Assembly: GCA_034521815.1 (NCBI GenBank) | Contig: JAXHLW010000013.1 | Coordinates: forward strand, 672,001-736,000 | Length of the DNA stretch: 64,000 nucleotides | Direction of reading: 5' to 3' | From: Trueperaceae bacterium | Lineage (GTDB): Bacteria > Deinococcota > Deinococci > Deinococcales > Trueperaceae | In this document: piece after piece, positions 8,178-19,945 of the stretch | Numbering within the stretch: the stretch's first letter is position 1 | Layout: each line of letters starts with the position of its first letter | The notes under the pieces: generated by a model | Told to the model about the DNA's origin: nothing | What the model saw: the letters and a program-made list of their open reading frames with translations, nothing else | Database searches by the model: none | Program-made: the position numbers and the translations under genes

Positions 8178-9180
8178 CGGGTCCTCCAGCGCCGGCACCG
8201 ACCGGCGAAGTTTCTATGCTAGCACGGGCGGGAGGCGTCTCCGGGAGCCCTCCGGCGAGGGTCGACCCCAAGCACGTCACGATCTCCTCGACCGTCTCGG
8301 CGCGCACCAGGGCGGAGCGCAATCCGCGTCCCTCGGCGTACGGCGCCACGTAGCGGGCCAGGTGGCCACGGAGGGCGCGCACGCCCCGCGCCTCGCCGTA
8401 CCAGGCGGCCTGAAGGCGGGCGTGACGCACGATCAGCGTGGCCGCCTCGGGCCAGTCGGGGGCGGGGGCGCCGCGCAGCTCGGCGAAGATCCAGGGGCGG
8501 CCCAGCGCGCCGCGCGCGATCATCACCCCCACGCCCTGAGCCCGCCGCTCCCGGAAGGTGGCCAGGTCCGTCACGTCGCCGGACCCGACCACGGGGACGG
8601 GCAGACGCGCAGCGAGCTCCACGATCGGCGCCCAGTCGGCGGTTCCTTCGTACTTCTGCGCACCGGTGCGGCCGTGCACCGCGACCAGCGAGGCGCCCCC
8701 GTCGACGACGGCGTGAGCGGCTTCGCTCAGCCTGACCTCGTCCTTGCCCAGCCGCATCTTCGTCGAGACCGGCAGACCGGTGGCGTCCCGCACGGCGGCG
8801 ACGATCGACCTGGCCAGCTCGGGACGGGCCATCAGCTCCACCCCGCAGCCCTTGTGCACGACCTTCTTCACCGGGCAGCCCATGTTCAGGTCGAACGCCA
8901 CGGGGCGGTAACGCTCATGCAGCTTCCGCGCAGCGATCGCCGCGTCGTCCGGATCCGAGGCGAACAGCTGGATCACGAGATCCGGCTCGCCCGGGTAGGG
9001 CGCGCCGATGAGCAGGGTCCGCTCGTCGCCACGCGCCAGCGCGCGGGCGCTGACCATCTCGGTCACGGCCCAGGCGCTGCCCTGTTCTCTGCACAGTCGC
9101 CGAAACGGCGCGTCGGTGTAGCCGGCCATCGGCGCCAGCACCGCGCCGCCCTGCGCCAGTCTGGAGGCGAAGAGGTTCAC
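8170..9180 (-). CDS. dusB: tRNA-dihydrouridine synthase (DusB-like)
   Basis: LAPMAGYTD, DLNMGCP, VHGRT, GVMIARGALGRPW; GTG start 8 nt after TAGACT. Confidence 0.9.
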   Translation of the reverse strand: MNLFASRLAQGGAVLAPMAGYTDAPFRRLCREQGSAWAVTEMVSARALARGDERTLLIGAPYPGEPDLVIQLFASDPDDAAIAARKLHERYRPVAFDLNMGCPVKKVVHKGCGVELMARPELARSIVAAVRDATGLPVSTKMRLGKDEVRLSEAAHAVVDGGASLVAVHGRTGAQKYEGTADWAPIVELAARLPVPVVGSGDVTDLATFRERRAQGVGVMIARGALGRPWIFAELRGAPAPDWPEAATLIVRHARLQAAWYGEARGVRALRGHLARYVAPYAEGRGLRSALVRAETVEEIVTCLGSTLAGGLPETPPARASIETSPVGAGAGGPVV

Positions 9181-9334
9181 GTTGGCGCAGTCTACCCGCC
9201 ATGTCCGGGTCGTCGGCCTAGCCGCCCGCGGTACACGCCCTCCACGGAAGGGGCGTACACGCACAGGGTGGTACCCTCCCTCGAGTGACGCATTCACGGA
9301 CGATCCACGCCGTCGGGCGGCGACCGTCGTGCAG

Positions 9335-9856
9335 GTGACGGCTCCATCGGTGACGTTTCGGCCGGTAGGGCCGGACGAGGCTGCTGCGGTGCACGCCATC
9401 TACTGCGGCGCGCCGAGCTACTTCGACGCGCTCTCGATCCCGCTTCCCACGGTCCGCGAGGTCCAGACCGAGCTCGAGACCGCCGCAGCCGACCCGCGCC
9501 GCAGTACCGAGCTCGTCCTCGCCCACCTCGGCTCGGACGAGCCGCAGGTCGCGGGCTATCTCGACGTGACGCTGGCCTACCTCGAGCCCGACGACGCCAC
9601 GGTCAACCTCCTGCTGGTCCGTGAAGAGCTGCAGGGCAGAGGCATCGGCTCGGAGGCGATCCGTCGGCTCGAGGAGCGTCTCGCCGGTCGCGTGAGCCGC
9701 GTGCTGGCCAGCGTGTACGGCAAGAACGCCCGCGCCCAGCGGTTCTGGCGCTCGCTCGGCTACGTGTTCGCGATCGACGCCGCTCCCGTCCTCGAGTGGT
9801 ACGCCAAGCGCCTGGGGGCCCCGGCCAGCGACGGTCCGACACGGCTGCTGGTCTGA
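9335..9856 (+). CDS. GNAT family N-acetyltransferase
   Basis: LLLVREELQGRGIG acetyl-CoA motif, NARAQRFWRSLGY; start uncertain (GTG 9329/9335). Confidence 0.82.
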   Translation: MTAPSVTFRPVGPDEAAAVHAIYCGAPSYFDALSIPLPTVREVQTELETAAADPRRSTELVLAHLGSDEPQVAGYLDVTLAYLEPDDATVNLLLVREELQGRGIGSEAIRRLEERLAGRVSRVLASVYGKNARAQRFWRSLGYVFAIDAAPVLEWYAKRLGAPASDGPTRLLV

Positions 9857-10013
9857 GGCGGTAGAGCGCGCCGTCCGTACGGGCCGTCGCCGGGACCGTC
9901 GGTGGTCAGGACGACGCGGTCCGGGAACGGCGCGCGCCGGGTGGTAGACTGCGCAGGACATTCCCGAAACCGTGGGCGCCGCGCGTGCCCCGCCCCCAGT
10001 GGAGGAAACGACA

Positions 10014-10571
10014 ATGATCAGCGTGACGGACTTGCGCAACGGCACGAAGGTGGACATGGACGGCGGTCTCTGGGAGTGCTTGGACTACCAGCACCAGAAG
10101 ATCGGCCGTGGCGGCGCGAAGGTCGTGGCGAAGTTCCGCAACCTCGAGACCGGCAGCATCGTGGAACGAACCTTCAACGCCTCCGAGAAGCTTCAGGACA
10201 TCTTCATCGACTACAAGACGATGCAGTACCTCTTCAACGACGGCGATCACTACACCTTCATGGACCTCGAGACGTTCGAGCAACCGACGCTCAGCCGTGC
10301 GCAGATCGGTGACGCGGCGAAGTGGCTGAAGCAGAACACCGAGGTCACGGTCGACTACTACCGCGACAAGCCGCTCAAGGTCACCCTTCCCAACGTGATG
10401 GAGCTCCAGATCGTCGAGACCGATCCGGGCGTCAAGGGCGACACCGTGTCGGGCGGGACGAAGCGCGCGAAGCTCGAGACGGGCGCGACCGTGGCCGTCC
10501 CTCTGTTCATCGACCAGGGGACGGTCGTCAAGGTCGATACGCGCACCGGCGACTACCTCGGGCGAGCCTGA
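10014..10571 (+). CDS. efp: Elongation factor P
   Basis: [19 protein letters not shown] loop, [27 protein letters not shown]. Confidence 0.97.
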   Translation: MISVTDLRNGTKVDMDGGLWECLDYQHQKIGRGGAKVVAKFRNLETGSIVERTFNASEKLQDIFIDYKTMQYLFNDGDHYTFMDLETFEQPTLSRAQIGDAAKWLKQNTEVTVDYYRDKPLKVTLPNVMELQIVETDPGVKGDTVSGGTKRAKLETGATVAVPLFIDQGTVVKVDTRTGDYLGRA

Positions 10572-11071
10572 TGGACGTCAAGGAGGTCAAGAAGCTTCTC
10601 GACGCCGCGGCCGCCGCCGACGTCAACGAGCTGACCTACGAGACCGGCGACGTGCGCATCACCGTCAAGCGTGGCGCGCAGCCGACCGAGGAGTCCCCGG
10701 TCGGGCCCGTCGTCCCTGCGCCCCAGGCGGCCTCCGTACCGGACGCCGCCACGACCGTCGCTGCGCCCGCCGGAGCGCCAGCGGCGGTCCCGCCGGCCGA
10801 GGAGACGCCGCCTCCCGCGGCCGGTGCGCACCTCGTCGAGGTCACCGCGCCGATCGTCGGCACGTTCTACGACTCGCCAGCGCCGGACGCCGACGCCTAC
10901 GTCAAGGTGGGCGACCGCGTCAAAGCCGGCGCGGTTCTGTGCATCATCGAGGCGATGAAGCTCATGAACGAAATCGAGGCCGAGACGGCCGGAACCGTGG
11001 CCGAGATCCTCGTCCGCGACGAAGAGCCGGTCGAATACGGCCAGGTGCTGTTCCGCATCGATCCGGACTGA
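10571..11071 (+). CDS. accB: Acetyl-CoA carboxylase biotin carboxyl carrier protein
   Basis: EAMKLMNEI biotinylation motif, Pro/Ala linker. Confidence 0.96.
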   Translation: MDVKEVKKLLDAAAAADVNELTYETGDVRITVKRGAQPTEESPVGPVVPAPQAASVPDAATTVAAPAGAPAAVPPAEETPPPAAGAHLVEVTAPIVGTFYDSPAPDADAYVKVGDRVKAGAVLCIIEAMKLMNEIEAETAGTVAEILVRDEEPVEYGQVLFRIDPD

Positions 11072-11076
11072 CGCCG

Positions 11077-12411
11077 GTGTTCAAGAAGATCCTGATCGCG
11101 AACCGCGGCGAGATCGCCCTCCGAATCCTGCGAGCCGCGCGCGAGCTGGGGATCCGTACCGTCGCGGCGTACTCGGAAGCCGACGAGTCCAGCCTGCCGG
11201 TGCTGCTCGCCGACGAGGCGGTCTGCATCGGGCCGCCCTCCGCGACCGGCTCGTACCTGAACGTCCGCAACCTGTTGTCCGCGGCGCTGGTGTCCGGGTG
11301 CGAAGCGATCCACCCGGGCTACGGCTTCCTCGCGGAGAACGCCGAGTTCGCCGAGAAGTGCGAAGAGCACAACCTGGTGTTCATCGGGCCTCGACCGGAA
11401 ACGATCCGCCTCATCGGCGACAAGGCCAGCGCCCGACGCTTGGCCGAGGAGGCCGGTGTGCCGCTCACCCCCGGATCCGGTGCTCTCGAGAACGTCGCGG
11501 CGGCCGAGGCGTACGCCGAGAAGGTCGGCTACCCGGTCATCCTCAAGGCGTCCGCCGGCGGGGGAGGCCGTGGCATGCGCGTCGTGCAGAGCCCGACCGA
11601 TCTGGAGCGCCAGTTCGTGAACGCTCGCGAAGAGGCGCGCAGCTCGTTCGGGAACCCCGAGATGTACCTCGAGAAGTACCTCGAGGAGCCCAAGCACGTC
11701 GAGATCCAGGTGTTCGGCGACGGCGAGGGCGAGGTGATCCATTTCTTCGATCGCGACTGCTCGATCCAGCGTCGCTATCAGAAGGTGCTCGAGGAGGCGC
11801 CCAGCATCCTCGATCCAGGGCTGCGTGCCCGCATCGCGACCGCCGCCGTGGACCTCGCCAAGCACATCCACTATCGGGGCGCCGGCACGACCGAGTTCCT
11901 GGTCGACAAACACGGCGACTTCTTCTTCAGCGAGATGAACACGCGGATCCAGGTCGAGCATCCCGTCACCGAGATGGTGACCCGGGTGGACCTGGTGCAA
12001 GAGCAGTTCCGCGTCGCGTTCGGCCAGGGCCTGTCGCTGACGCAGGACGACGTACGCGTCGACGGTCACGCGATCGAGGTCCGGATCAACGCCGAGGATC
12101 CGGATCGCGACTTCAGGCCCGCTGCGGGCACCGTCACCGACCTGCACTGGCCCGGCGGACCGGGGATTCGCGTCGATTCGCACATCTATGCGGGGTACCG
12201 CGTCCCTCCGAACTACGACAGCCTGATCGCCAAGGTGATCGCCTGGGCGCCGACCCGTGAACAGGCGATCGCCCGCATGGAGCGCGCCCTGCGCGAGACG
12301 GTGATCGAAGGGATCACGACCACGATTCCGTTCCATTTGCGCGTTCTGGACAACGCCTTCTATCGCCGTGGCGCGGTCTACACGAACTTCGTGGCGCGCC
12401 GCATGAGCTGA
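11077..12411 (+). CDS. accC: Acetyl-CoA carboxylase biotin carboxylase
   Basis: KKILIANRGEIA, HPGYGFLAEN, EMNTRIQVEH, YDSLIAK. Confidence 0.97.
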   Translation: MFKKILIANRGEIALRILRAARELGIRTVAAYSEADESSLPVLLADEAVCIGPPSATGSYLNVRNLLSAALVSGCEAIHPGYGFLAENAEFAEKCEEHNLVFIGPRPETIRLIGDKASARRLAEEAGVPLTPGSGALENVAAAEAYAEKVGYPVILKASAGGGGRGMRVVQSPTDLERQFVNAREEARSSFGNPEMYLEKYLEEPKHVEIQVFGDGEGEVIHFFDRDCSIQRRYQKVLEEAPSILDPGLRARIATAAVDLAKHIHYRGAGTTEFLVDKHGDFFFSEMNTRIQVEHPVTEMVTRVDLVQEQFRVAFGQGLSLTQDDVRVDGHAIEVRINAEDPDRDFRPAAGTVTDLHWPGGPGIRVDSHIYAGYRVPPNYDSLIAKVIAWAPTREQAIARMERALRETVIEGITTTIPFHLRVLDNAFYRRGAVYTNFVARRMS

Positions 12412-12427
12412 GGACGAGGAGACCCAC

Positions 12428-12784
12428 GTGAACGACACAGCTCCGCCCGAACTCGGTCAGGACGTTCTGTTCGGCATCGCGCAGCTCGCTTTGGAGCAGG
12501 TCGAAGGCATCAAGCCTCTCGCGCCGCCGCCCCGCGTCGGCGAGTTCCTCACCGGCCGACGCGCGAAGGGCATCCGCATCGAGCGTGACGGCGACGTCGT
12601 GGACATCGATCTCAACGTCACGGTGCGCTACGGCCTGGAGATCCCCAAGGTCGCCGAGCGTGCGCGGCGGGTCGTCCGCGAGGCGATCGGCTCGATGACG
12701 GGCCTGAAGGTTCGCTCGGTCCGCGTCTCGGTCGTCGGAATCGACGTCGCCGAGGACGGCGTGTCGGAGGACGAGGATGGCTAG
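12428..12784 (+). CDS. Asp23/Gls24 family protein (YqhY-like)
   Basis: IDLNVTVRYG..IP, MTGLKV..V.V.V motif; conserved accC-asp23-nusB order. Confidence 0.88.
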   Translation: MNDTAPPELGQDVLFGIAQLALEQVEGIKPLAPPPRVGEFLTGRRAKGIRIERDGDVVDIDLNVTVRYGLEIPKVAERARRVVREAIGSMTGLKVRSVRVSVVGIDVAEDGVSEDEDG

Positions 12785-13244
12785 ACGCCGAGCGCGGGAG
12801 CTGGCGTTCCGCGCGCTGTTCCAAGCGGACCGTGGCAGCGCCGATCTGGACACCGTGTGGGCGCAGGTCCGGGGCGACGTCGGTGAGCGTGAGGACGACC
12901 GTTCGGGCGAGAACGGCTACGGCGACGTGCTGGACGCAGAGGCGCTGAGCTTCGCGGAGCGGCTGGTTCACGCCTACCGCGACCACCGCGGCGAGATCGA
13001 CGAGCTCCTCGGGGAGCTGATCGAAGGATGGAGCTTTTCGCAGATGTCTCAGACCGACCTGAACGTGTTGCGGCTGTCCGTGACCGAGATGCTGTACGAA
13101 GACGACATTCCGCCTCGCGTCACCCTGGAGATGGCGGTCCGGCTGGCCAAGCGCTTCGGAGGCGAGGACTCGGGCCGATTCGTCAACGGGGTGCTCGGAA
13201 CCCTTTACCGCAAGCGGCACCCGCGCGCCGCCGAGGCATCGTGA
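12777..13244 (+). CDS. nusB: Transcription antitermination factor NusB
   Basis: RRRARELAFRALFQ, AVRLAKRFG, FVNGVL. Confidence 0.95.
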   Translation: MARRRARELAFRALFQADRGSADLDTVWAQVRGDVGEREDDRSGENGYGDVLDAEALSFAERLVHAYRDHRGEIDELLGELIEGWSFSQMSQTDLNVLRLSVTEMLYEDDIPPRVTLEMAVRLAKRFGGEDSGRFVNGVLGTLYRKRHPRAAEAS

Positions 13245-14086
13245 GCGCCCGCATCCTGAACGGTCGCGAGGTGGCGGCCTCGCTGATGGAGGAGCTCCGC
13301 GTGGAGGTCGCCGACATGCCGGTCGCCCCCAGGCTGGTGTTCGTGCGCGCCGGGGACGATCCCGCGAGCGCCTCGTACGTGCGCTCCAAGCAGCGCCTGG
13401 CCGCGAAGGCCGGCGTTCGCGCCGAAACACGGGTCTTGGACCCGGACACGACGCAGCGCGCGCTGATGGCGGAAGTCGCGTCCCTGAACGACGATCCGGA
13501 CGTCGACGGCATTCTGGTCCAGCTTCCGCTGTACGACCATCTCGACGCCGCGCCCGTGCTGGAGGCGATCGATCCCGCCAAGGACGTCGACGGGTTCCAT
13601 CCCGTGAACGTCGGGCGTCTCTGGAGCGGCCGGCCGACGTTGGTGCCCGCCACGCCGTCCGGTCTGATTCGGATCCTCGACCACTACGGCTACGAGATCG
13701 AGGGGCGGGACGTGCTGATCGTGGGTCGCAGCAACCTGGTGGGCAAACCGGCCGCGGCCCTGTTCCTGGCGCGGCACGCCACGGTGACGCTGGCGCACTC
13801 CCGCACGCGCGACCTACCGGGCTGGATCCGTAAAGCCGACATGATCGTCGCCGCCGCCGGACGTCCCGGCATGATCCGACCCGACATGGTGCGTGCCGGC
13901 GCGGTGCTGCTGGACGTCGGCCAATCTCCGGTCGAAGGCGTGCTGCGTGGCGACGTGGCGCCGGAGGTGGCGGAGGTCGCCGGCGCGATGACCCCGACGC
14001 CCGGCGGAACGGGGCCGATGACGGTGGCGATGGTCGTCGCCAACACCGTGAAGGCGGCCCGAGCCCGGCGAGGGACCGGTGGCTGA
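13241..14086 (+). CDS. folD: Methylenetetrahydrofolate dehydrogenase/cyclohydrolase
   Basis: YVRSK, GILVQLPL, KDVDGFHP, GRSNLVGKP, TPTPGGTGPMT. Confidence 0.96.
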   Translation: MSARILNGREVAASLMEELRVEVADMPVAPRLVFVRAGDDPASASYVRSKQRLAAKAGVRAETRVLDPDTTQRALMAEVASLNDDPDVDGILVQLPLYDHLDAAPVLEAIDPAKDVDGFHPVNVGRLWSGRPTLVPATPSGLIRILDHYGYEIEGRDVLIVGRSNLVGKPAAALFLARHATVTLAHSRTRDLPGWIRKADMIVAAAGRPGMIRPDMVRAGAVLLDVGQSPVEGVLRGDVAPEVAEVAGAMTPTPGGTGPMTVAMVVANTVKAARARRGTGG

Positions 14087-14522
14087 GCTGCTCGCCAACC
14101 GGCCGCTGGTGATCGCCCTGGCGGCGACGTTGGCGGCCCAGATCGTCAAGATCCTGATCGTTGCCGCGACGGAGCGCCGCTTCGCGCCCGAGCGGCTGCT
14201 CGAGACCGGAGGCATGCCGTCGTCGCACTCCGCGGCGGTCACGGCGCTGGCCATCTCGATCGGAATCCAGTACGGCTGGTCGTCGCCGCTGTTCGCGGTC
14301 GCCGCCGTCACCGGCGGGATCGTCATGTACGACGCGACCGGTATCCGGCGTGCCGCCGGCATGCAGGCGCAGATGATCAACGACCTGGTCGACGAGCTGG
14401 CTCACCTGTTCGACGAAGGGTTCCAGCCGCAGGCGCTCAAGACGCTTCTCGGTCATACCTACCCCCAAGTCCTGATCGGCGGCGTGTTGGGCGCGCTGAC
14501 GGCGGTCGTCCTGAACCCCTGA
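14079..14522 (+). CDS. Divergent PAP2 family protein (DUF212)
   Basis: GGMPSSHSA, VMYDATGIRRAAG, LGHTYPQV. Confidence 0.92.
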   Translation: MAELLANRPLVIALAATLAAQIVKILIVAATERRFAPERLLETGGMPSSHSAAVTALAISIGIQYGWSSPLFAVAAVTGGIVMYDATGIRRAAGMQAQMINDLVDELAHLFDEGFQPQALKTLLGHTYPQVLIGGVLGALTAVVLNP

Positions 14523-15142
14523 CCCGCCGCATCGTTGCCGGCGCGCGCGACGACGGCGACGCGGACCTCACGCGCACCTGCTCTCAGCAGCGCGGTCCGG
14601 CACGCGCGCGCCGTCGCCCCGGTCGTCCAGACGTCGTCGACGAGCAGCACCGGGACCGGCGGCAGGCGTAGGCACTCGAACGCGCCCTCCACGTTCGATC
14701 GGCGCGCCGCCGAATCGCCGCGGGCCTGCCGCGCGGTCGCGCGGACCCGGCGCAGCCCGGCCCAGGCGGGCGCCCCCAGCTGAGGCGCAGCGGCGGCGGC
14801 CAACAGCCACGCCTGGTCGTAGCCGCGGCGGATCCTCCTGGACCGGTGCAACGGCACCGGCACGACCCGCCCGACCGGCCAGCCGGCGTAGCGCGTCTGC
14901 CGACCCAAGGCGCATCCGAGCGCGTGCGCCAGCGACCGGCGGCTTCCGAACTTGACCGCCCGGACGGCGCGCAGCCACGGCCCGTCGTACGGGCCGAGCC
15001 ACAGCACCTCGACCCCGTCCAGGCGGGAGGAGCCTGGCGGGACCGACAGCGTGGCGAGGCAGGCAGGGCAGGCGCCCGAGCGGCCGGACGCCGCGCGTCC
15101 GCAGAGTGGGCAGGGAAGAAGCGTGGCAGCGAGGATCCGCAT
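14459..15142 (-). CDS. comF: ComF family protein (zinc finger + PRTase domain)
   Basis: CPLC..CPAC, VPVPLH, RGYDQA, LLVDDVWTTGAT. Confidence 0.88.
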   Translation of the reverse strand: MRILAATLLPCPLCGRAASGRSGACPACLATLSVPPGSSRLDGVEVLWLGPYDGPWLRAVRAVKFGSRRSLAHALGCALGRQTRYAGWPVGRVVPVPLHRSRRIRRGYDQAWLLAAAAAPQLGAPAWAGLRRVRATARQARGDSAARRSNVEGAFECLRLPPVPVLLVDDVWTTGATARACRTALLRAGAREVRVAVVARAGNDAAGQGFRTTAVSAPNTPPIRTWG

Positions 15143-15210
15143 GGAGGCAGCCTAGACGGCCGCGTGCGCCGACACGCTGGCACCTGGGACGCCGGCCGCG
15201 GGTCCAGCGA

Positions 15211-16218
15211 TCAGGAGCGGCGGGCCGCCAAGCTTTCGACCAACGTGGTCACGGCCGATGCGCCTTCGGCGTCGGCGACCGTGGTCAGCGCATCGCGAAG
15301 AAGCGCGAGGCCTTCCTCGGCCTTCGCTTCCGCGACGTCTTGGGCGTGGTTCAGCGCACCCGCACGGCGCAGCAGGCTCAGCGCCTCGTCCATCTCCTCG
15401 GCCGACTTCGCGGCGCGCGGCCGATCGAGCAGCGCGCGCAGCCTGTCGCCACCGCTCGCGTCCAGCGTCGCGAACGCGTGCGCCAGGACGAGCGTCCGCT
15501 TTCCCTCGTAGAGGTCGCCGGCGAACTCCTTGCCGTAGCCGCCGTGCTCGTCGGGAAGCAGGTTCAGCACGTCGTCACGGATCTGGAACGCCGCGCCCAG
15601 CGCCAAGCCCGCGGCCTCGTAGCGAGGATCGGGAACCGCGCCCGCGATCAGAGCTCCGAGCCGAAGCGGCGCGACGACGGTGTAGTACGCGGTCTTGCGC
15701 TCGACCATCGCCAGGTAGTCGGCTTCGCCGACGTCGAAGCGGCGGGTCGCGACCCACGCCAGATCCAGATGCTGGCCTTCCGCGGTGCGGTCGATCGTGT
15801 CCAGGAACTCGCTCAGCACGTCGTCGCGCCAGGCGGCACGCTGCTCGATCAGGAGCCGCCACATCGCGACGTGCATCGCGTCGCCGACGTTGATCGCGAC
15901 CGGCGTGCCCACCGCGCGGTGCAGGGCGGGCTGGCCACGACGCGTCTCGGAGTCGTCCTCGACGTCGTCGTGAACGAGCACCCAGTTCTGGAACAGCTCC
16001 AGCGCGGCCGCGACCGGGAGCGCCGCGTCCGCGCTCGCGCCGTGCGCCAACGCCGAGGCGACCGTCAGCCGGCCGCGAAGGCCTTTTCCGCTCCGCTGCG
16101 GGTAGTCGCGTTGCAAACGCGCGAAGCGATCCAGCTCGGGCACGTCGTGACCTGCCGGTAACGCCGCCAGGACGCGCCGTTGGACGAGGCGATCGAGATC
16201 GCTGGGGAGTCGCGTCAC
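15211..16218 (-). CDS. Polyprenyl diphosphate synthase (GGPP synthase-like)
   Basis: GKGLR, LVHDDVED..RRG, GQHLDL, FQIRDD. Confidence 0.92.
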   Translation of the reverse strand: MTRLPSDLDRLVQRRVLAALPAGHDVPELDRFARLQRDYPQRSGKGLRGRLTVASALAHGASADAALPVAAALELFQNWVLVHDDVEDDSETRRGQPALHRAVGTPVAINVGDAMHVAMWRLLIEQRAAWRDDVLSEFLDTIDRTAEGQHLDLAWVATRRFDVGEADYLAMVERKTAYYTVVAPLRLGALIAGAVPDPRYEAAGLALGAAFQIRDDVLNLLPDEHGGYGKEFAGDLYEGKRTLVLAHAFATLDASGGDRLRALLDRPRAAKSAEEMDEALSLLRRAGALNHAQDVAEAKAEEGLALLRDALTTVADAEGASAVTTLVESLAARRS

Positions 16219-16406
16219 CGGAACAGGACCGTCGTGAACAGCCAGGTGGCCAGAACCAGACCGAGCAGGACCACCAGGAACACCGGCAGCGTGGCGCGGT
16301 ACGAGGCGAAGATCAGTCGCACCACATCGCGTCGCGACAGGGCGGGCCGCCCCTCTCGGGGCGACCCGTCACGTTCGCGTCTGGTGGACTCGTCGTCTTC
16401 GACCAT
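16215..16406 (-). CDS. Small membrane protein, unknown function
   Basis: 63 aa with C-terminal TM helix; GGAGG RBS; GTGA overlap with the prenyl synthase gene. Confidence 0.6.
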   Translation of the reverse strand: MVEDDESTRRERDGSPREGRPALSRRDVVRLIFASYRATLPVFLVVLLGLVLATWLFTTVLFR

Positions 16407-16449
16407 GTCCGAGGCGACCTCCTGTCCGATCGTTCTGTGGACCGGTCCT

Positions 16450-17510
<1,061 letters not shown>

Positions 17511-17514
<4 letters not shown>

Positions 17515-18527
17515 GCGCCCACCTCGTCGTCCTTCAGATTGATCTCGTCCCACCGGATGCAGCGCACCATGTGACCTGCGCCGGTGTCCTCGAGCGGCGG
17601 GATCGCCTCCTTGCAGGCGTCCTTCATGTACTTGCAGCGCGGGTGGAACGCGCAGCCCTCGGGCAGGTTCAGCGGGTTGGGCACGTTGCCGGGGATCGCC
17701 TCGAGACGCTCCTGCGCCTCCGCGGCCTGGTCCACGCGCGGAATCGAGTTCAGCAGGCCCCTCGTGTACGGCATCTGCGGCTTCGCGTAGATGTCGTTCA
17801 CGTCCGCCTCCTCGACGGCGCGACCGGCGTACATCACCACCACGCGATCGGCGATCTCGGCCACGACGCCCAGATCGTGCGTGATGAACAGGATCGACAT
17901 GCCGATCTCGCGCTGCAGCTGCCGCATCAGGTCGAGGATCTGCGCCTGGATCGTCACGTCGAGCGCGGTGGTGGGCTCGTCCGCGATCAGCAGCTTCGGA
18001 CCGCACGACAGCGCCATCGCGATCATCACGCGCTGCCGCATGCCGCCCGACATCTGGTGCGGGTAGTTCCGCACGCGCTTGGCGGGCTCGGGGATCCCGA
18101 CGAGGTCCAGCATCTCCGTCGCGAGCTTCATCGCCTGCTTGCGGGTCTTGCCCTGGTGCAGCACGATCGCCTCGGCGATCTGATCACCGACGGTGTAGAC
18201 CGGGTTCAGGCTCGTCATCGGCTCCTGGAAGATCATGCTGATCTCGTTGCCGCGGATCTTGCGCATCTCGCGCTCGGACTTCTTCAGAATGTCCTGGCCC
18301 TCGAACTTGATCTCGCCCCCCGCGAACCGTCCGGGAGGCTGAGGAATGAGGCGCATCGCGGAGAGGCTGGTCACCGACTTGCCGGAGCCGGACTCGCCGA
18401 CCACGCCGAGCGTCTCGCCCTTGTCGATGTGGAAGCTGACGCCGTCCACCGCCTTGACGGTGCCTTCATCGGTGTCGAAGTACGTCTTGAGGTCGTGGAC
18501 CTCCAAGAGCCGGTCAGAATCGGGCAT
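17511..18527 (-). CDS. oppD: Oligopeptide/dipeptide ABC transporter ATP-binding subunit (OppD-like)
   Basis: [24 protein letters not shown]. Confidence 0.94.
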
Positions 18528-18802
18528 GCATGAATCTCCTCACGGAACCGGAATGGAACCCCGCACAGGCGGTCGCCCCCGGTGAGGGGGACGGCGACGG
18601 AATAGCGTGCCTCCGCCGCGGCAAGATCGCCTGCTCGAGATTCCGATTCGTGAGAGAACGCGCGACGCACGGCGCAAGACCAGCAGATAGGCGTCCGAAA
18701 GGAACGGACTGAGGAAGTGTACCCCAGATCGCCGACGGTCGGGCGGGGCCTCCAGTGTGTCCACGACGACGAAGGACTCAGCGTGCCGTGCGGAGGCCCG
18801 GC

Positions 18803-19945
18803 TCAGCGTCGCTTGCGGGGATCGAGCGCGTCGCGGAGACCGTCGCCGACCAAGTTCCACGACAGCACCGCGAGGAAGATCGGGATCCCCGGAATCAGGA
18901 GCCACGGCACGAACTGGATCGAGATCCCTCGCGCCGTCGCGTCGCGCAACAGCAGGCCCCAGCTGGCCGTGTCCACCTCGCTGGGGCCCAGGCCGATGAA
19001 CGACAGGCCCGTCTCGGTCAGGATGAAGCCGGGGATCGCGAGGGTCAGGTCCACGATCACGTAGCTCGCGGTGGCGGGCAGCAGGTGCCGCCACAGCACC
19101 CGGCTCTCGCTGGCGCCCAGCGCCTTGGCCGCCTGGGCGTAGTCCATCTCGCGAATCGACAGGATCAGGCTGCGGATCGTGCGCGCCAGGCCACCCCAGC
19201 CGACGAGCCCGAGCACCATCACGATCATCAGGAACGTCTGCGCGGAGTTCATCTGCAGACCGAACGCCCGCGCGAGCGGGTTGCGGGGGTCCTGCAGAAG
19301 GCTGGCCAGCACCACCAGCAGGAACAGGCCCGGAATCGCCGAGAGCACCTCGACGAGGCGCATCACGAACTCGTCGACCCAGCCTCCGTAGAACCCGGCC
19401 AGCCCGCCGAACAGCAGGCCGAGGGACAACGACACCCAGACGGCCAGGATGCCGATGGTGAGACTGACCTGTCCCCCGTACAGCACGCGACTGAACACGT
19501 CCTTGCCCAGGTTGTTCGTTCCCCACAGGAAGATGCGGGCGGGATCGTCCACCCCGAACAGGTGCAGGTCGCTCTCGATCAGACCGAGGATCTTGTACGT
19601 GGCTTCGGGACGCTGCACGAAGAACCGGATCGGATAGCGGGTGCTGGTGTCCTCGACGTACACCCGCTGGAACGTGATCGGGTCGCGCTCCTGCGCGACG
19701 TCGTACACGAACGGGCGCGTCAGGCGACCGGTGTCGGGGTCGGTCCAGTGGATTTGCGTGGGAGCGCGGAACGCCGCGGACGGACGCGTGCGGTACTCGT
19801 TGATCCCGTACGGCGCCAGGAAACCCGCGAACGCCGCGATGAGGTACATCACGATCAGCACGCCGCCGCCGATCAGGGCGACCCTGTGCTTCTTGAACTG
19901 CTCCCAGGCGATCTCGCCCTGGCTCTTGGACTGCTTCTTCAGCAC
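18803..19945 (-). CDS. oppC: Peptide ABC transporter permease (OppC-like); start uncertain
   Basis: WEQFKKHR, WGTNNLGKDVFSR, DYAQAAKALGAS, GDGLRDALDPR; in-frame GTG at 19945, but best RBS+ATG (19995) is out of frame. Confidence 0.88.
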   Translation of the reverse strand: MLKKQSKSQGEIAWEQFKKHRVALIGGGVLIVMYLIAAFAGFLAPYGINEYRTRPSAAFRAPTQIHWTDPDTGRLTRPFVYDVAQERDPITFQRVYVEDTSTRYPIRFFVQRPEATYKILGLIESDLHLFGVDDPARIFLWGTNNLGKDVFSRVLYGGQVSLTIGILAVWVSLSLGLLFGGLAGFYGGWVDEFVMRLVEVLSAIPGLFLLVVLASLLQDPRNPLARAFGLQMNSAQTFLMIVMVLGLVGWGGLARTIRSLILSIREMDYAQAAKALGASESRVLWRHLLPATASYVIVDLTLAIPGFILTETGLSFIGLGPSEVDTASWGLLLRDATARGISIQFVPWLLIPGIPIFLAVLSWNLVGDGLRDALDPRKRR

